NCBI GenBank assembly: GCA_043228905.1
Contig: JBHGNT010000015.1
Span: 4,402,001-4,466,000, forward strand
Reading direction: 5' to 3'
Source: Azolla caroliniana
Lineage: Eukaryota; Plantae; Polypodiophyta
Length of the DNA stretch: 64,000 nucleotides
Each line of letters starts with the position of its first letter. The first letter of the stretch is position 1. The translations under genes and the position numbers were made by a program. The notes beneath the pieces are model-generated. The model ran no database searches, had not been told where the DNA came from, and saw nothing but the letters and a program-made list of their open reading frames with translations. Below, in pieces: positions 1 to 13,743 of the stretch.

Positions 1-52
1 GATGCCGGCAAACCCCCGAGATACAAAGCCAGGATCGTGGTGAAGGGGTTCC
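1..52 (+). pseudogene. Fragment of copia family B reverse transcriptase (DAGKPPRYKARIVVKGF), cut at a rearrangement junction
   Basis: Nearly identical to about 51949-52000 of the intact element B. Confidence 0.8.
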
Positions 53-229
53 TTTCAGTGTATTGCGCTCTGTGAGTTGCAATAGATGGTCGGCATTTGT
101 CGATTGATTCGTCTTGTAGCCGAAAAGTCGACAGTTAGTCGGTGCAGCCGGATCACTTGCTTTGTTGCCTCCGACGTTGCTATGTACTCAGCCTCTGTGG
201 TAGACAGGGTCATGCACTCTTGGAGCTTT

Positions 230-3200
230 TGTTGGCATAAAAGGCCGACTCCTTCCAAGTTGTATCTGTCCTTGTGTGAACTCTTTAATATGTTAGGGCT
301 TAGTATATAAGTGAATACCTAACATTGTGATGAGTGATGACAAGAAGAGTATTGTATCTCTGAGAGAGAAAAAAGTAATAAGAAGCTTTCCATTAAAGCT
401 CAATCTACTTTCTAAGTCTTCATTCACTGTATTTTCTATGTGTTGTTTTTTGTGCATAAGCAAATAGGTCCACAAACGTTTTCTGCATACGTATAACCAC
501 CTACCCACAACTGGTATCAGAGCGACCTTGTTGCACGGCGGCAACAGACAACAGAAGAAGCTAAGTGGAAAACGCCATATTAGAAATCTTACTTTCATAA
601 AAGGAATATGGCTTCAACATCCGGAACAGGAGTTGAAATCAGAAAGTTCGACGACAAAAAATTTTCCCTATGGAAGGAGATGATGCAACATGTGCTGATC
701 ATCCGAAGACAGGTTGAAGCCATTCGGCACAATGAAAAGCCTGCTTCGATGAAAACATAAGAGTGAAGATCAGTTGACGAAATAGCATGATCCACCATTC
801 GAATGCACTTAGCCGAAAATGTCTACTTCAGCATGGCAAAAGAGAAACTACAGGCAATCTATGAGAAGAAGTCCTCATCTTCAAAATTAATTTTGATCAA
901 ACAACTGTTCAATATGAAGATGAAAGAGACCTCCCACATCAACACCTTCAGTCGGGTGTTGTCTGAGCTCTCGTCACAAGGGATCAACTTTGAAGATAAA
1001 GTGAAAGCCCTTGCCCTCCTGTCGAGCTTGCCGGCGAGTTGGGATGTATTCTGCATGACATACACCAATAGCCGACTGATCCTAAACTTGGATGAAACAA
1101 TCGGCCAAGTCCTCACAGAGGACATCAGGCGAAAATCGATGAGACTTTCCATCGATGAGTCAGCAGAAGCCCATCACTCGACTGAGTCATTCGAACGATA
1201 GAGTCGAACGAAAGAACAAGCCGACATAACCGATCGATGCTACAACCCATCGAAAAGAATGGGTGACCGATAGTGGTTGAAGTTGAAAATAGGCCAATCA
1301 AGTGACTACTGGTCAATAAAAGGAAAAGAGAGTGGTCGGCATTCCAAGCGGAATCGGGGACGTTCCGAATTGGACCACTCTCTAGTCGGCAACCAGAGCA
1401 ATGTTGCCAACACCCGATCCAGAGAAATCCTCTCCCTAGAGGACTCAATGATTAGAGAAGTCCTCTACAGTGCACAAGTTGCACACACATGGCTACTAGA
1501 CTCTGGCGCCACATTTCATGTGACCCTCAACATTGAATGGTTCTCGAACTATTCAACTGACGCCAGCGGCAGTCTAATTGAGAAATGGGCAGGAGTGCAA
1601 GATAATCAGAACCGGGAATGTTCCCATCAGATTGCCAAATGGCAACACAATAACCCTGCACCTAGTTCGGCACGTACCCGATCTAAAGAGGAGTCTGGTC
1701 TCCATTGGCATGTTAGCCGAAGACGGGTATTGAACGACTCTACACGATTCGACATGGGTGATCAGCTGACCAAACCTCAAAATCAGTAGTGGGCACAAGT
1801 ATAATAATCTATACCCATTGATGGTGATCAACCCTGAAGGGGTCATGAACATAACCGAGATAACCGACCTGAACTTATGGCATGGCCGACTTGGCCACAT
1901 GTCTCAAGCCGGACTTGATCGGCTGATGTTGGTTGGCTACATTCTGAAACTCCAGGCAAAGATGGACTTCTGCGAGCATTGTCGATATGGGAAACAGACC
2001 CGAAGTCCGCACTCTCTCCACTATGAGACGGTACGACAACCCTAGAGCTCGTGCACACAGACATATGTGGGCCCATGCCAGAGCGATCACTAGGAGGTTC
2101 CCGGTACTTCATCACATTCGTAGATGACTGTACACGAAAAGTCTGGGCATACTCCATCAAGTCCAAAGACGAAGCGCTTGAGGTCTTCACTCGATGGATA
2201 TCTGAAGTGGAGAACTGGTCAGGATATAAAGTGAAGACACTCTGATTCGATAACAGAGGTGAATACACCTCTAGAGCCTTCAAATATTACCTGTCCGAAA
2301 AATGGATCCGACACCAAAAGACCGTTCCCTACACACCCATGCAAAATGGAGTGGCAGAACGGATCAATAGGACGATCCAGGAGAGGGTGACGGCAATGCT
2401 CTAGCAAGCTAGAATTTTGGGCCGAGGCATTATAGACGGCAGTGTACTTGATAAATCTAGCACCATCAAGAGCAATTAGGCTTGAAGTGCCACGGGCACT
2501 ATGGTTAGGCAAACAGTCGACCTATGATAGGCTCCATATATTCGGATGTGAAGCCTACACGTTCATCCCGAGGGACAAAAGGACGAAGTTGCCACCCCAT
2601 GCAACAAAGTGCATATTTCTCAATTATGGAACCGACGGGGACTTTGGCTACCGGTTATGGGACCCTGAGAACTAGAAATTGATTTGGACCAGCGACATAG
2701 TCTTCAATGAAGACTCTATCTTCTCTCAGCGGAACCAATAGAAAATAGTTGGTAAGAAGATATCCTTCGAAGATGACAACACTGTCGTAGAAGGACCGAC
2801 CCAACAGGCCAAATCGAAGACTCGACAAACAGTCGAACTCCAACAAGCTATCAACTTCCCTACCGACACTGAATCGGCAACAAGTCCTATCGTCGAACTC
2901 AAAGACAAAGTCTTCAAAGACAGAACCGAATTGACAAGGATCGAGCAAGGCAAAGTCACCAAGAGACAAGTCAGAAAAGAGTCGACAACAACCATAGGGG
3001 AGGACAACCAGACACCGTCGAAATCCCAAACCGAGGGCGGGACACCTAACAAGAGTTCTGACACAACTGATTCAACAAATACTGATCATCAATTGGAACC
3101 GATCGAAGGATCCGAACAAGATATTACGGCACCCAAGAGATCTGAACCAACTCGAAGGCAAACAAAGTTTTATCAATCGGGCCTCGACTATGTCAACTAC

Positions 3201-5349
3201 ACGGATGCAGGTGAACCAAGCATGTATGAAGAAGCTTTGGCCGCACTGGACGCCGAAACATGGCTACAAGCCATGAAATCCGAAATGGACTCAATTTATC
3301 GGAATCAAACATGGGAGCTAGTCGAACTACCAGCTGGAAGGAAGTCGCTACCTTGCAAATGGGTTTTCCGATACAAGTATGTATCTGACTCAAAGAAACC
3401 CAAGTACAAAGCTCGACTTGTCGCAAAGGGATTCAAACAGGAATATGAGGTCTACTACGACGAGATATTCTCACCAGTAGTCAAGATGACCACCCTCCCA
3501 CTCCTACTAGGAGTCGTGGTGATAGAAGATCTAGAGCTCGAGCAGATCGACGTAAAGACGACATTCCTACACGAAGATGTGGAAGAAGACATATACATGT
3601 CTCAACCGGCAGGCTTCATGATGACAGGGAAGGACAGTCACCTCGTATGTCGAGTAAAGAAAAGTTTATATGGTCTAAAACAAGTGCCGAGAATGTGGTA
3701 CCAGAAGTTTGACTCCTACATACGGCAACTTGGATACAACAGAACAGACTCTGACCCATGCATGTATGTTCGGCAACTGGCCGACGAGTTAAGGATCTAT
3801 CTGATCCTATACGTCGACGACATGTTGATTGCAGGAAGCAATGAAGCAGAGATTGCTAAGCTGAAGTGGAGCCTTCACACAAAGTTCGCGATGAAGGAAC
3901 TCGGACAAGCCCGACACATACTGGGGATGAGGATAGAGCGAAATCGGACGACCAAAACACTCTAACTCTCCCAGTCTGAATACATCCGCAAGGTGTTGAA
4001 GTGCTTCAACATGGAGAATGCGAAGCCAACACCAACACCGATTCCGACGTTGATCAGACTATCGGACAAAGACTCTCCTGCAACAGACAAGGAGAGAGAG
4101 CTTAATAGAAAGATACCCTATGCATCGGAAGTAGGAAGTATCATGTACGCAATGGTGGCGACCTGACCCGACCTAGCCTATGTCATAGGGGTGGTCAACC
4201 GGAACATATCAAACCCAAGAAAGAAGCATTGGGAGGCCATCAAGCACATCCTTAGGTATCTAAAAGGAACCCTGAATGCACAGCTGACTTTCGAACTGAC
4301 AACCTCAGCCAAAGTCGAAGGCTACACCAATTCCGACTATGCTGGAAACAAAGATAATCGGAAATCAACATCAGGCTACATCTTCACCTATGGTGGCTGT
4401 GCGATATCATGGAGGTCGAAACTTCAAGAGTGTACGGCTCTATCTACCATAGAAGTCGAGTACATAGCAGCATCGGAAGAAACGAAGGAAGCGATATGGC
4501 TGCACCGACTGACTACCGACTTCGGAACTGCAAACTGAAAGGACTGACCAGCACCGACCATCAATTGAGACTCACAGAGCGCAATACACCGACTGCTTGC
4601 CAACTTTGGAAGTGCAAACCGGAACGACCCACCTGTGCCGACCATCTATTGCGACTCACAGAGTGCAATGCACCTCATCAACAATCCCGTCTATCATGCG
4701 AAGAGGAAGCACATTGAGGTGCGATATCATCATATCCTGGAGCTTGTGAGCGAGAAGAAACTTGAAATTTGGAAGATTGACACTGAGGTGAACATCGTCA
4801 ATTGCCTGATGAAGCCACTCCCAGATCAACGCTTCGGAACACTAACGACGAAGATGGGGCTACGACAAGCGACCGAGCAGAAGAAAGCCGAACGAGGAGC
4901 AGAAGGTAAGAGTTGACCGACACTCATACTATACCTCTTCCGACTCGGCTACTTGCCGACAAATTTGTAACATAAAATCTAGTTAAATTTGTAATCTAGC
5001 TTTACGGGGGAGATAACCCCAAGCACTTATACATGCAAGAAAGAGTAGTCCTTTTACGGGGGAGTTTGTTGGCATAGAAGGTTGACTCCTTCCAAGTTGT
5101 ATCCGTCCGAGTGTGAACTTGTTAATAAGTTTGGGCTTAGTATATAAGTGAATACCTAACATTGTAATGAGTGATGACGAGAAGAGTATTGTATCTCTAA
5201 GAGAGAACGAAGTAATAAGAAGCTTTCCACTAAAGGTCGATCTACTGTCTAAGTCTCCATTCATTGTATTTTCCTGTGTGTGTTGTTTTCTGTGCATAAG
5301 CGAACAGGTTCGCAAACGTTTTCCGCATACGTATACACACCTACCCACA
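230..5349 (+). mobile_element. Full-length degenerate Ty1/copia element (family A) inserted in the RNase H of its sibling
   Basis: LTRs 230-509 and 5067-5349 (TG...CA). PBS TGGTATCAGAGC 512-523. PPT ACGGGGGAG 5056-5064. TSD GCTTT/ACTTT (1 mismatch). Confidence 0.92.
608..4916 (+). pseudogene. copia gag-pol pseudogene (gag, protease, integrase, RT, RNase H) with stops and frameshifts
   Basis: Motifs WLLDSGATFH, LWHGRLGH, HTDICGP, YKARLVAKGF, LYVDDML and IYCDSQSA are spread over several ORF fragments. Confidence 0.9.
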
Positions 5350-8300
5350 ACTTTGACCTCCATGATATAGCATTGGCACCGTAGGTGAAGTTGTAGCCTA
5401 ATGTCAACTTCTGATTGTCCGAATTCCCGACGTAATCGGAGTCGGTGTAGCCTTCGACTTCGGTCGGGTTTGCCGATCCGAAAGTCAGTTGTGCATCTTC
5501 AGTTCCTTTTAGGTACCTGAAAATGTGTTTGACAGCCTCCGAATGCTTTCGTCTTGGAGTCGACATGTACCGGCTGACAACCCCCATGGTATATGATAAT
5601 TCCTATTGTTGATGCATAGAGTATCTTTCTATTGAGCTCTCTCTCCTTATCAATGGAAGGAGACTCTTTGTCCGACAGTCGGATCAACATCAGAAGCGGA
5701 GTTGGTGTTGTTTTTGCGTTCTCCATATTGAAGCGCCTCAACACCTTTCGGATGTAGTCGGACTGGGAGAGTCAGAGAGTTATCGTCGTCTGATTTTGCT
5801 CGATCCTCATGCCCAGTATATGTCGGGCTTGTCTGAGTTCCTTCATTGCAAATTTTTCATGAAGGCTCTGCTTTGACTTTTCGATTTCGGCTTGATTGCT
5901 TCCTGCAATCAGTATGTCGTCGACATATAGGATCAGATAGATTCCACACTTGTCAGCCAGTTGCCGAACATATAGACATGGGTCGAAGTCGGACCGGCTA
6001 TAGCCAAGTTGTCAAATGTAGGAGTCGAACTTCTGGTACGACATCCTCGGCACTTGTTTTAAGCCGTATAGTCTTTTCTTCAATCAACATGACTTTCCTC
6101 CCCCGTTGTTGAGAAGCCTGCCGGTTGGGACATGTAAATGTCCTCTTCCAAGTCTTCATGTAGGAATGTCGTCTTTACATCGAGTTGCTCAAGATCTAGA
6201 TCCTTTGTCGCCACGATCTTGAGTAGGAGCCGAAGGGTGGTGATCTTGACTACTAGAGGGCTCGTCATAGTTGACCCCGTGTTCTTGTTTGAATCCCTTC
6301 GCCACAAGACGAGCTTTGTACTTTGGCTTCTCTAAGTCAGATACATACTTGTATCAGAATACCCATTTGCAAGGTAGCGGCTTTCTTCTTGCTAGTAGTT
6401 CGACCAACTCCCATGTGTTGTTCTCTTTGATCGAGTCCATCTCAAATCTCATGGCTTGCAGCCATGTTTCGGCATCGAGCGCGGCTATAGCTTCATTGTA
6501 TGTGCTTGGTTCGCCTGCATCTGTGTAGTTGACGTAGTCGAGGCCCACTTGATAGAACTTTGTCGGCCTTTGATTTCGTCCAGATCTCCTAGGTGTCGAA
6601 GTGATCAGTTCGGAACCTTCGATCGTCTCAGTCAGCCGACCGGCATTTGTTGAACCACTTATGGCAGGAGTCCTTTCGGATGACTCACCCCTTTGATAGG
6701 ATTTTGGCAATGTCACCACATTCTCCCCTTCTTCGGGGTGGAGAGACTTAGCCGACTCAGATCTGTTTTTCCCTTTCACCTTGGGTGGCTTGGTCAGGTC
6801 GACTCTGTTTCCGATGTGCATCTTGTCGACTTTGCCTTTTTCAACTCTTGTCGATTCGTCATTGTCTTTGATGGCTTTTTCTTCGAGTTTGACTAGTGAA
6901 CCTCCTACCGATTCAAAGTCAGCAAGTCTATTGTCGACTTGGTCCGGTTTGAATGTTTGTCGAATCTTTGATTTGGGCCGAGGGGTCAATCTTTCTACGC
7001 CTTCTCTATCAATTTTGAAAGACACCTTTTGGCCCACTATTTTCTACTTGTGCCACTCGGAGAGGATAGAGTTTTCATTGAAGACTACTTCACCGCTTTG
7101 GATCAATTTCCGATTCTCCAGGTCCCATAGCCAATAGCCGAAATCCCCATCAGTTCCATAACCGAGAAATACGCATTTTGTTGCATAGGGTGCGAACTTG
7201 GTCCTCATTTCCCGGGGAATGAATGCGTTGGCTTCGCAGCTGAAAATTCGAAACCTTTTGTAGGTTGGTTGTTTGCCTTACCATAGTGCATGTGGCACTC
7301 GGAGCCTCATTGCTTGCGACGGCGATAGATTTATTAGGTAAACTGTCGTCTGCCATGCTTCAACCCAGAACTCCAACTTCAGTTCGGCTTGTTGGAGAAT
7401 TGCCGTCATCCTCTCTTGGATCATTTGGTTCATCCATTTTGCCACTCCAGTTTGCATGGGTGTGTAAGGAACAGTCTTTTGATGCCGGATCCCTTTGTCG
7501 AACAAGTACTTCTTGAAGGCTCGAGAGGTATATTCGCCTCCATTGTCGGAGTGGAGTGTCTTCACTTTGTGTCCTGACTGGTTCTCTGCTTCGATTAATC
7601 ATCGAGCAAAGATCTTGATCGTGTCGTCTTTCGACCTAATCAAATAGGCCCAGACCTTCCGTGTACAATCATCGATGAATGTGAAGAAGTACCGAGAGAC
7701 ACCTAAAGATCTTTCGGGCATCGGCCCACATATATCTATGTGCACGAGCTCTAGGGGCTAATGTATTGTCTCATAATGAAGACAGTGCAGACAACAAGTC
7801 TGTTTCCCATATCGACAATGCTCGTAGAAGTCTGTCTTTGCTTGAAGTTTCGGGATGTAGCCGATAGCCATCAGTCGATCAGGTCCGGCTTGAGACATAT
7901 GGCCGAGTCGGCCATGCCATAAGTTCAGGTCGGTCTTTTTGGCTACATTTACAACCCCTTTTGGATTGATCACCCTCATTGGGTACTAGTTGTTGTACTT
8001 GTGCCTGCTTCCGATTCTTAGATTTCCTCTACTGATCATCCATGCCGACTCATTTAGAGTTGTTAGATACCCGTCTTTTGCTAACATGTCGATAGAGACC
8101 ATACTCCTCTTCAGATTGGGTACATGCCGAACTTGATGAGGGTGATCATCTTGTCTTTTGGCAGTCGGATGGGGACCTCTCTGATCCCTGCCATTATGCA
8201 CTCCTGCCCATTGTTGAGTCAGACTATGCTGATGGCTTCGGTCTAACAGTTCAAAAATCATTCTATGTTCAGGGTCACGTGGAATGTGGCGCCAGAATCC

Positions 8301-8735
8301 ACCAACCACATGTGTGCGTCTTGTGCATTGTAGAGGACTTCTCCTATCATCGAGTCCTCTAAGGAGAGGATTTCTCCTGATCGGGTGTCGACAACATTGA
8401 CTTGGTTGCCGACTAGAGAGTGATTCAAGTCGAATCGTCCTTGATTCCGATAGGATCACCGACCACTCTCTTTCCTCTTGATCGACCAATAGTCGGAAAC
8501 ATTGTGGCCAGCTTTTCTGCAGTGGGTGCAGAATTCGCTTGATCCACCTGTTCTCGACTTCGACTGTTGTCGGTCTCCCCTCGTTTTCGATCGACTATGA
8601 TTTTGACTAGTTTTGTCGTCTTGTTCTCTCAATTGATTCGGTTAGTGGATCCTCTCAGTCGAGTGGTGGGCTTCTGCCAATACATTGATAATGAGTCCCA
8701 TTGATTTTCGCCGAATGTCCTCAGTGAGGACTTGG

Positions 8736-9507
8736 TGTTGGGAGACAGGTCCCTCCGGATGGGAAGGGAGAGGAACAGTGCCGATGAACAAACTCGGCCG
8801 AGGCCGAAACCGGATGGTTCAAACCCGGTGAGAATCGGATGAGGAGTACCCGGCTATGGAGAACCGGATGGTGCAGACCCGGTGAGAACTGGATGAGGAG
8901 TACTCGGCTACGGAGAACCGGATGGTGCAGACCCGGTGAGAACTGAATGAGGAGTACCTGGCTACGGAGAGCCGGATGGTGCAGACCTGGTGAGAACCGG
9001 ATGAGGCGTACCCGGCTACGGAGAGCCGGATGGTGCAGACCCGGTGAGAAACGGATGAAGAGACATATTCGTAAATATGTTTCTGAGAGTCCATAGAGGC
9101 TATATTTGTAAATAGCCGAAAAGTCATATTAGTATAAATATGACTTAGGGCAAACTTTTAGTGGTTGTTGTTCTTGTGGTGCAAGAAGAGAGATAGCGCG
9201 CGTAACCGCGTACAGTGAGAGAGAGAGAGAGAAAGAGGTCATTGCCTCTATTGTAACCGCCGCCTGTGGCGAAGATCGTGAGCACGAGGTCGTTGCCTCC
9301 GTGAACTCACTGTTGTACATTCTAACATAGTGATAGTTTGCAGCCTGTGGGCTGCCATGGTTTTTTTCCCTAGTTTGGGGTTTTCCACGTAGACATCCTG
9401 TGTACTCTTCTCTTCTCTGTGTCGTGTTTATTTCCCATTTTTCTATGTATGATTCTAAGCTCGGTTGTGGCCGAGCGTTGCGTAGAAGGAGCGTACAGTT
9501 CCTGTCA
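8736..9507 (+). mobile_element. Solo LTR of a family-B-related copia
   Basis: TGTTGGGA...TGTCA with perfect TSD CTTGG (8731-8735 / 9508-9512). Shares GGTCCCTCCGGATGGGA and GTATAAATATGACTTAGGGCAAAC with LTR 48593-49245. Confidence 0.9.
8823..9058 (+). repeat. 54-bp tandem repeat (about 4.3 copies) in LTR U3
   Basis: ACC(C/T)GGTGAGAA recurs at 8823, 8877, 8931, 8985 and 9039. Confidence 0.9.
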
Positions 9508-10444
9508 CTTGGCTGATCGTCTCATCTAGATTTAGGATCGGACGACTATTGGCGAATGTTATGCAAAGTACCTCCCAACTCACCAGCAAGCTCGATAGGA
9601 GGGCAAGGGCTTTAACTTCTTCTTCGAAATTAAGCCCTTGGGAGGAGAGTCCAAACAACACCCGGCTGAAGGTGTTGATGTGGGAGGTTGCAGGATCCGA
9701 CTCTCTCATCTTCATATTAAACAATCGTCGAATCAATATGAGTTTTGAGGAGGATGACTTCTTTTCTTACACTGCTTGTAACTTCTCCCATAACGAGAAA
9801 GTTGTTCTCTCCTTGGCCATGCTAAAATAGACATTCTTGGCCAGATGCATTTGGATGGTGAACCGCGCAATTTCATCTAATGATCTCCACTCTTCGGTTG
9901 ACATCGTATCGAGTTTTTTGCTATGTTGAATAGTTTCAACTTTTCTCCTGATGATCAACACATCCTGCATCATCTCCTTCCACAAGGCAAAAAATTTTCC
10001 ATCGAACTTTCAGATTTCACCTCCTGTTCCGGATGTTGAGTCCATATTCTTTTTCGAAAGTGAGATTTTTGTTGATCGTGTCTTCTTTCTCAGCTTTCTT
10101 AGCTTCTTTTGTTGTCGCCGAGTAACAAGTCACTCTGATACCACTTGTGGGAAATAATGCACGAAGCAAGTGAGGAACTATAGGTGACTGTGCATAGAAA
10201 ACAACACAGAGAATATGACAGAGGACATGATTGAAGCGTACACACAGTTCGACTCAAATGGAAGCTTTCGTTATTACTATTCTCTCTCTGTGTCTCTCTC
10301 TCTCTCTGAGATTCAATATATACAAGAATGATCAAGAAGAAGTGTGTTACAAGATTAGGCTATAGCTTATATAGTAAGCCCTAACTCTTTGGACGGGTTC
10401 ACGCTAGGATACAAAGTGGAAGGAGTTGGCTCATCATGCCAACA

Positions 10445-10973
10445 CATCATCAGTTGGGATGTGATATTTGTTGAGAATGCAGCTCAACCACTTGTGGATT
10501 GCTGAACCAGTTCTTGATCAACCAAATGCATTTGATACTTTGTTATTATTGCTCCAAAATGTTGTTTTTGAAGGTGATCAACTAACCCAATCTCATGGAT
10601 GTAATTTTTAGGTTCTGCTTTAGCAACAGCATGCTCCAAAGAAAGATGAATAGCAATGAAACAATGCTCAAATTGATCTCTTGCTATAATTCAATGTGGT
10701 TGAAAATGAACAAGCAAATATTGTTGATAATAATGATGATTTACAAGTCATTAATCAACATGATGTTGACATGGATTTGGAGGAAGAACAAGCCTATTTT
10801 AAGCAAGCAATAATAGTCCCTAAATGGTTGATTACCACCATTATGGACAGGAAACTCACATCGCCTCTTCAAGGTAAAACCTGAAAAAGTAGTTAACAAG
10901 TTGAAATGTATTATCGGCATCATGCTCTTATTGTTGAAATTTGTGATGACGAGCCACTCTCTATTGTGGATGT
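10445..10973 (+). pseudogene. Ancient AT-rich copia relic (integrase-RT linker), continuing at 33829-34078
   Basis: DEPLSIVD on the left and xLAHDHFFEAMK on the right rejoin to a copia EPxSxxEALxxxxxxxAM-like motif. Confidence 0.55.
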
Positions 10974-13743
10974 TGTTGAGATACAAGCTCAACATTGGCC
11001 GGATCGGCTGTGCAAGCCGAGAACCGGATCGGTTGGGACCGATCGGTTAGGCCGGACTGGTGCATAAAACGAGTGTGTAAACCGGTACGCAAACCGGTGC
11101 GTAACAAGAAGCCGTAGCGGTGCGTAAACCACGAGGCCGTTGGAAAGATATTCTGTGTAGGAATATATTTTGGGAGTTAGTGTAGAGCTCAGTAATGAGC
11201 ATTGAAGTACGTGTCAGTACTTCTGTCAGTTCGTATGGACTTGTATAAAAGTGCTCACTGAGCACATCCTATGTATAGACTAAGTATTATTTTGAATTGA
11301 ATTTTTGTGTGTCTTCTCTCTCTCTTTGTCTCTCCCGCGTACTATGTATATTCAAGCTCTCCATTAAACCTGCGTATTTTCTGTGCTCGGTTTTCTACTT
11401 GCCTCCGCACGCAATTCTTTTTACATGGTATCAGAGCGCGAGGGTTGAGAACCTCTGTAGCCGACATAGCTTGAAAGGAAATCCAACCAAGAAGAACAGA
11501 TAAAATCGATGGATAGAGGCATGGCTAGCTTGCCTCCAACTGAGAAGCTCGACAGAAACAACTACGCGTCTTGGTCTTACAAGATGCACCAGTACCTGCT
11601 CGGGCACGCTTACTGGAGCTATGCCGACGGAGCAAATGACACAACACCCGATTTGACACACAAAGACTTCTCGGCGTGGGAGCAGTCGGCAATAGATGGG
11701 AATTCGACGCGAATTCAATTGCAGATATACGCCGGAGCAAATGGCATGGCCGAAAGGAAAAATCAGTCAGTTGTGGAAGCGGTGCGGGAAATGCTGGAGG
11801 AGAAGAGCCTGCCCAAGTTCTACTGGGCCGAAGCGGTTCAAACTGCTGTCTACATCCAGAACCGGATCAGAGAAAAAGTGTTAGCGCATGAGCTATGCTT
11901 CGGAATGAAACCGAATTTGCGACACTTAAGAGTTTTCGGTAGCATTGCATATGTGCATGTACCGAAGGAGAAGCGGAGGAAGCTGGACACGAAAGCCGAG
12001 AAGTGTATCTTGGTCAGCTATTCGGACGAACAGAAGGGTTTCAAGTGTTATAACCCTCGCACCAAACAAGCGCGCATGAGCCACGACGTTGTGTTTGATA
12101 AGTCCACGTCCTAGTACTTGCCTCCGACTTCAGACCTCACCTCCAATCCGAGTGCTGACCATGTGGTCAGCGAGGCCGAGATGCCTCTGGATGAGCCTGA
12201 AATCGGGACCCACGAAGAGAGTCTGATTTCGTTTCAGTTAAGCGAACAAAATGGACGACTGAGTCGATTCAACCAGTCCGATGAAAAGCCGGCGAGTAGT
12301 GGAGACTCGGTCGTGCATTCCCCGCGCAGGAAGCTAAGGAGACGGCTTACGTGCAAGGAAAAAGGGAAGAAGAAGATGTCGGATTACGGCACGGATAGGA
12401 ACAAGTTGGATCAACGCGAGTCCGACTCCAAGGGAAGTGATGACGGCTCTTCGGGAGCGAAGTCCGCGTCGGCCAAGAAAGCCTCAACTTCAGGTAATGA
12501 GCAATTATGCCGATCTACCCGCCAGAAGAACCCTATTGTGCAGTTTGGTTACAACGAGTACATGGCGCATCACTATGCGTACATGACGCGTGTAACGGAA
12601 GTGCGTGAGCCGGAGAGCTACGCAGAAGCGGCGAAGGAAGCGAATACTCAATCTGTACATCATATGTGTTCATTGAACACTTTTATACAAGTCCATACGG
12701 ACTAACAAAAGTGCAATGTACTTCAATGCTCACACGAGCGTCTGACACTAACTACGAGATATTAACTCCCTAGTAGTCTAGTTACTACTTGGCTTCCGGT
12801 TACTGCTTGATCCGGCTAACTGGCTCACCAATCTAGCTCATCCTTCCGGATGCCGATCCGGCTCAGGCTTATTCAGCTGATCCGGATGTGGTTGAGCTTG
12901 CCGCTCAACACTCCCCCTCAAGCTCAACTTGAGGTCGGATCGTAGTGTCAGTCTCTATGGCAGCCGGTCCTTCCACCCGGCTCCTTCTGGCGTCACTCTG
13001 CCTCGCTCGCGCTCCTCGTGCGGTCCGGTCCCGTTTGCCGCGACCCTTCTGTTTTTGGGCATCTCGACCTCCTCGGTTGGCTTGTTTGCTCAACATGCCC
13101 AAATTTGCTCCCCCGCTGCTGTGACTTCGGCACTTGTTGATTCGCCGATTCCTTCGTGTTGGCGTCAACTTTTGCTGCCTTCTCATTCTCTTGGCCTTGA
13201 ATTGATCCGGTTCTTCCGTATTCGTCTGATGAACCGAATCGGTTGTCTCCGATTCGTTCCAACTCTTGTCCGAATCGGTCACTCCCAATTCGTCTTCCGG
13301 TTCCAGGCCCTTCACCACATCGGACCATGTCCGAGTCTTGGCCTTCTTCTTCTGGTCGGCTCTGTCCTTCTTGACTCTGCCGCCATTGCCGCTTGTTCCG
13401 ACTTGTTCAGATGTGTCAACTTCCTTTGTTGACTCGGCTCCTTTCTTCTTCTTGTCTCTCCCTCGGTCGGTTCTTCCCTAACCAACACAATCGGCAGTTT
13501 CTTTGCCTTTGCCTGTTCCGGTGTCTTTGCCCGTTCTCCCCCTCAAGTATGGCACGTCGAGATGCTGAACACCAAGCATTTCAGTGAAGTGCTGCAACTT
13601 GTCCGATCCGAGCGGTTTGGTGAAGATGTCAGCAACTTGCCAATCCGTATGAACATACCGAAGTTCGACTTCATCTCTCAGGACACGCTCACGCACGAAG
13701 TGGTACTGCACTTCTATGTGCTTTGTGCAAGCATGGAATATGG

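Larger units (their letters stand above)
55..10444 (-). mobile_element. Degenerate Ty1/copia element (family A, Tork/Tnt1-like), 3' end lost; hosts a full sibling element and a solo LTR
   Basis: 5' LTR 10146-10444 (TGTTGGCATG...CCCACA). tRNA-iMet PBS at 10132-10143. Broken gag, integrase, RT and RNase H ORFs. RNase H AISWRSK|LQECMTLSTTEAEY rejoins across the 230-5349 insertion. Confidence 0.88.

Noticed and set aside
8823-9058. Regular repeats resembling a CRISPR array (also 48650-48760)
   Set aside because: The units are contiguous with no unique spacers and lie inside LTRs. There are no cas genes and the context is eukaryotic.
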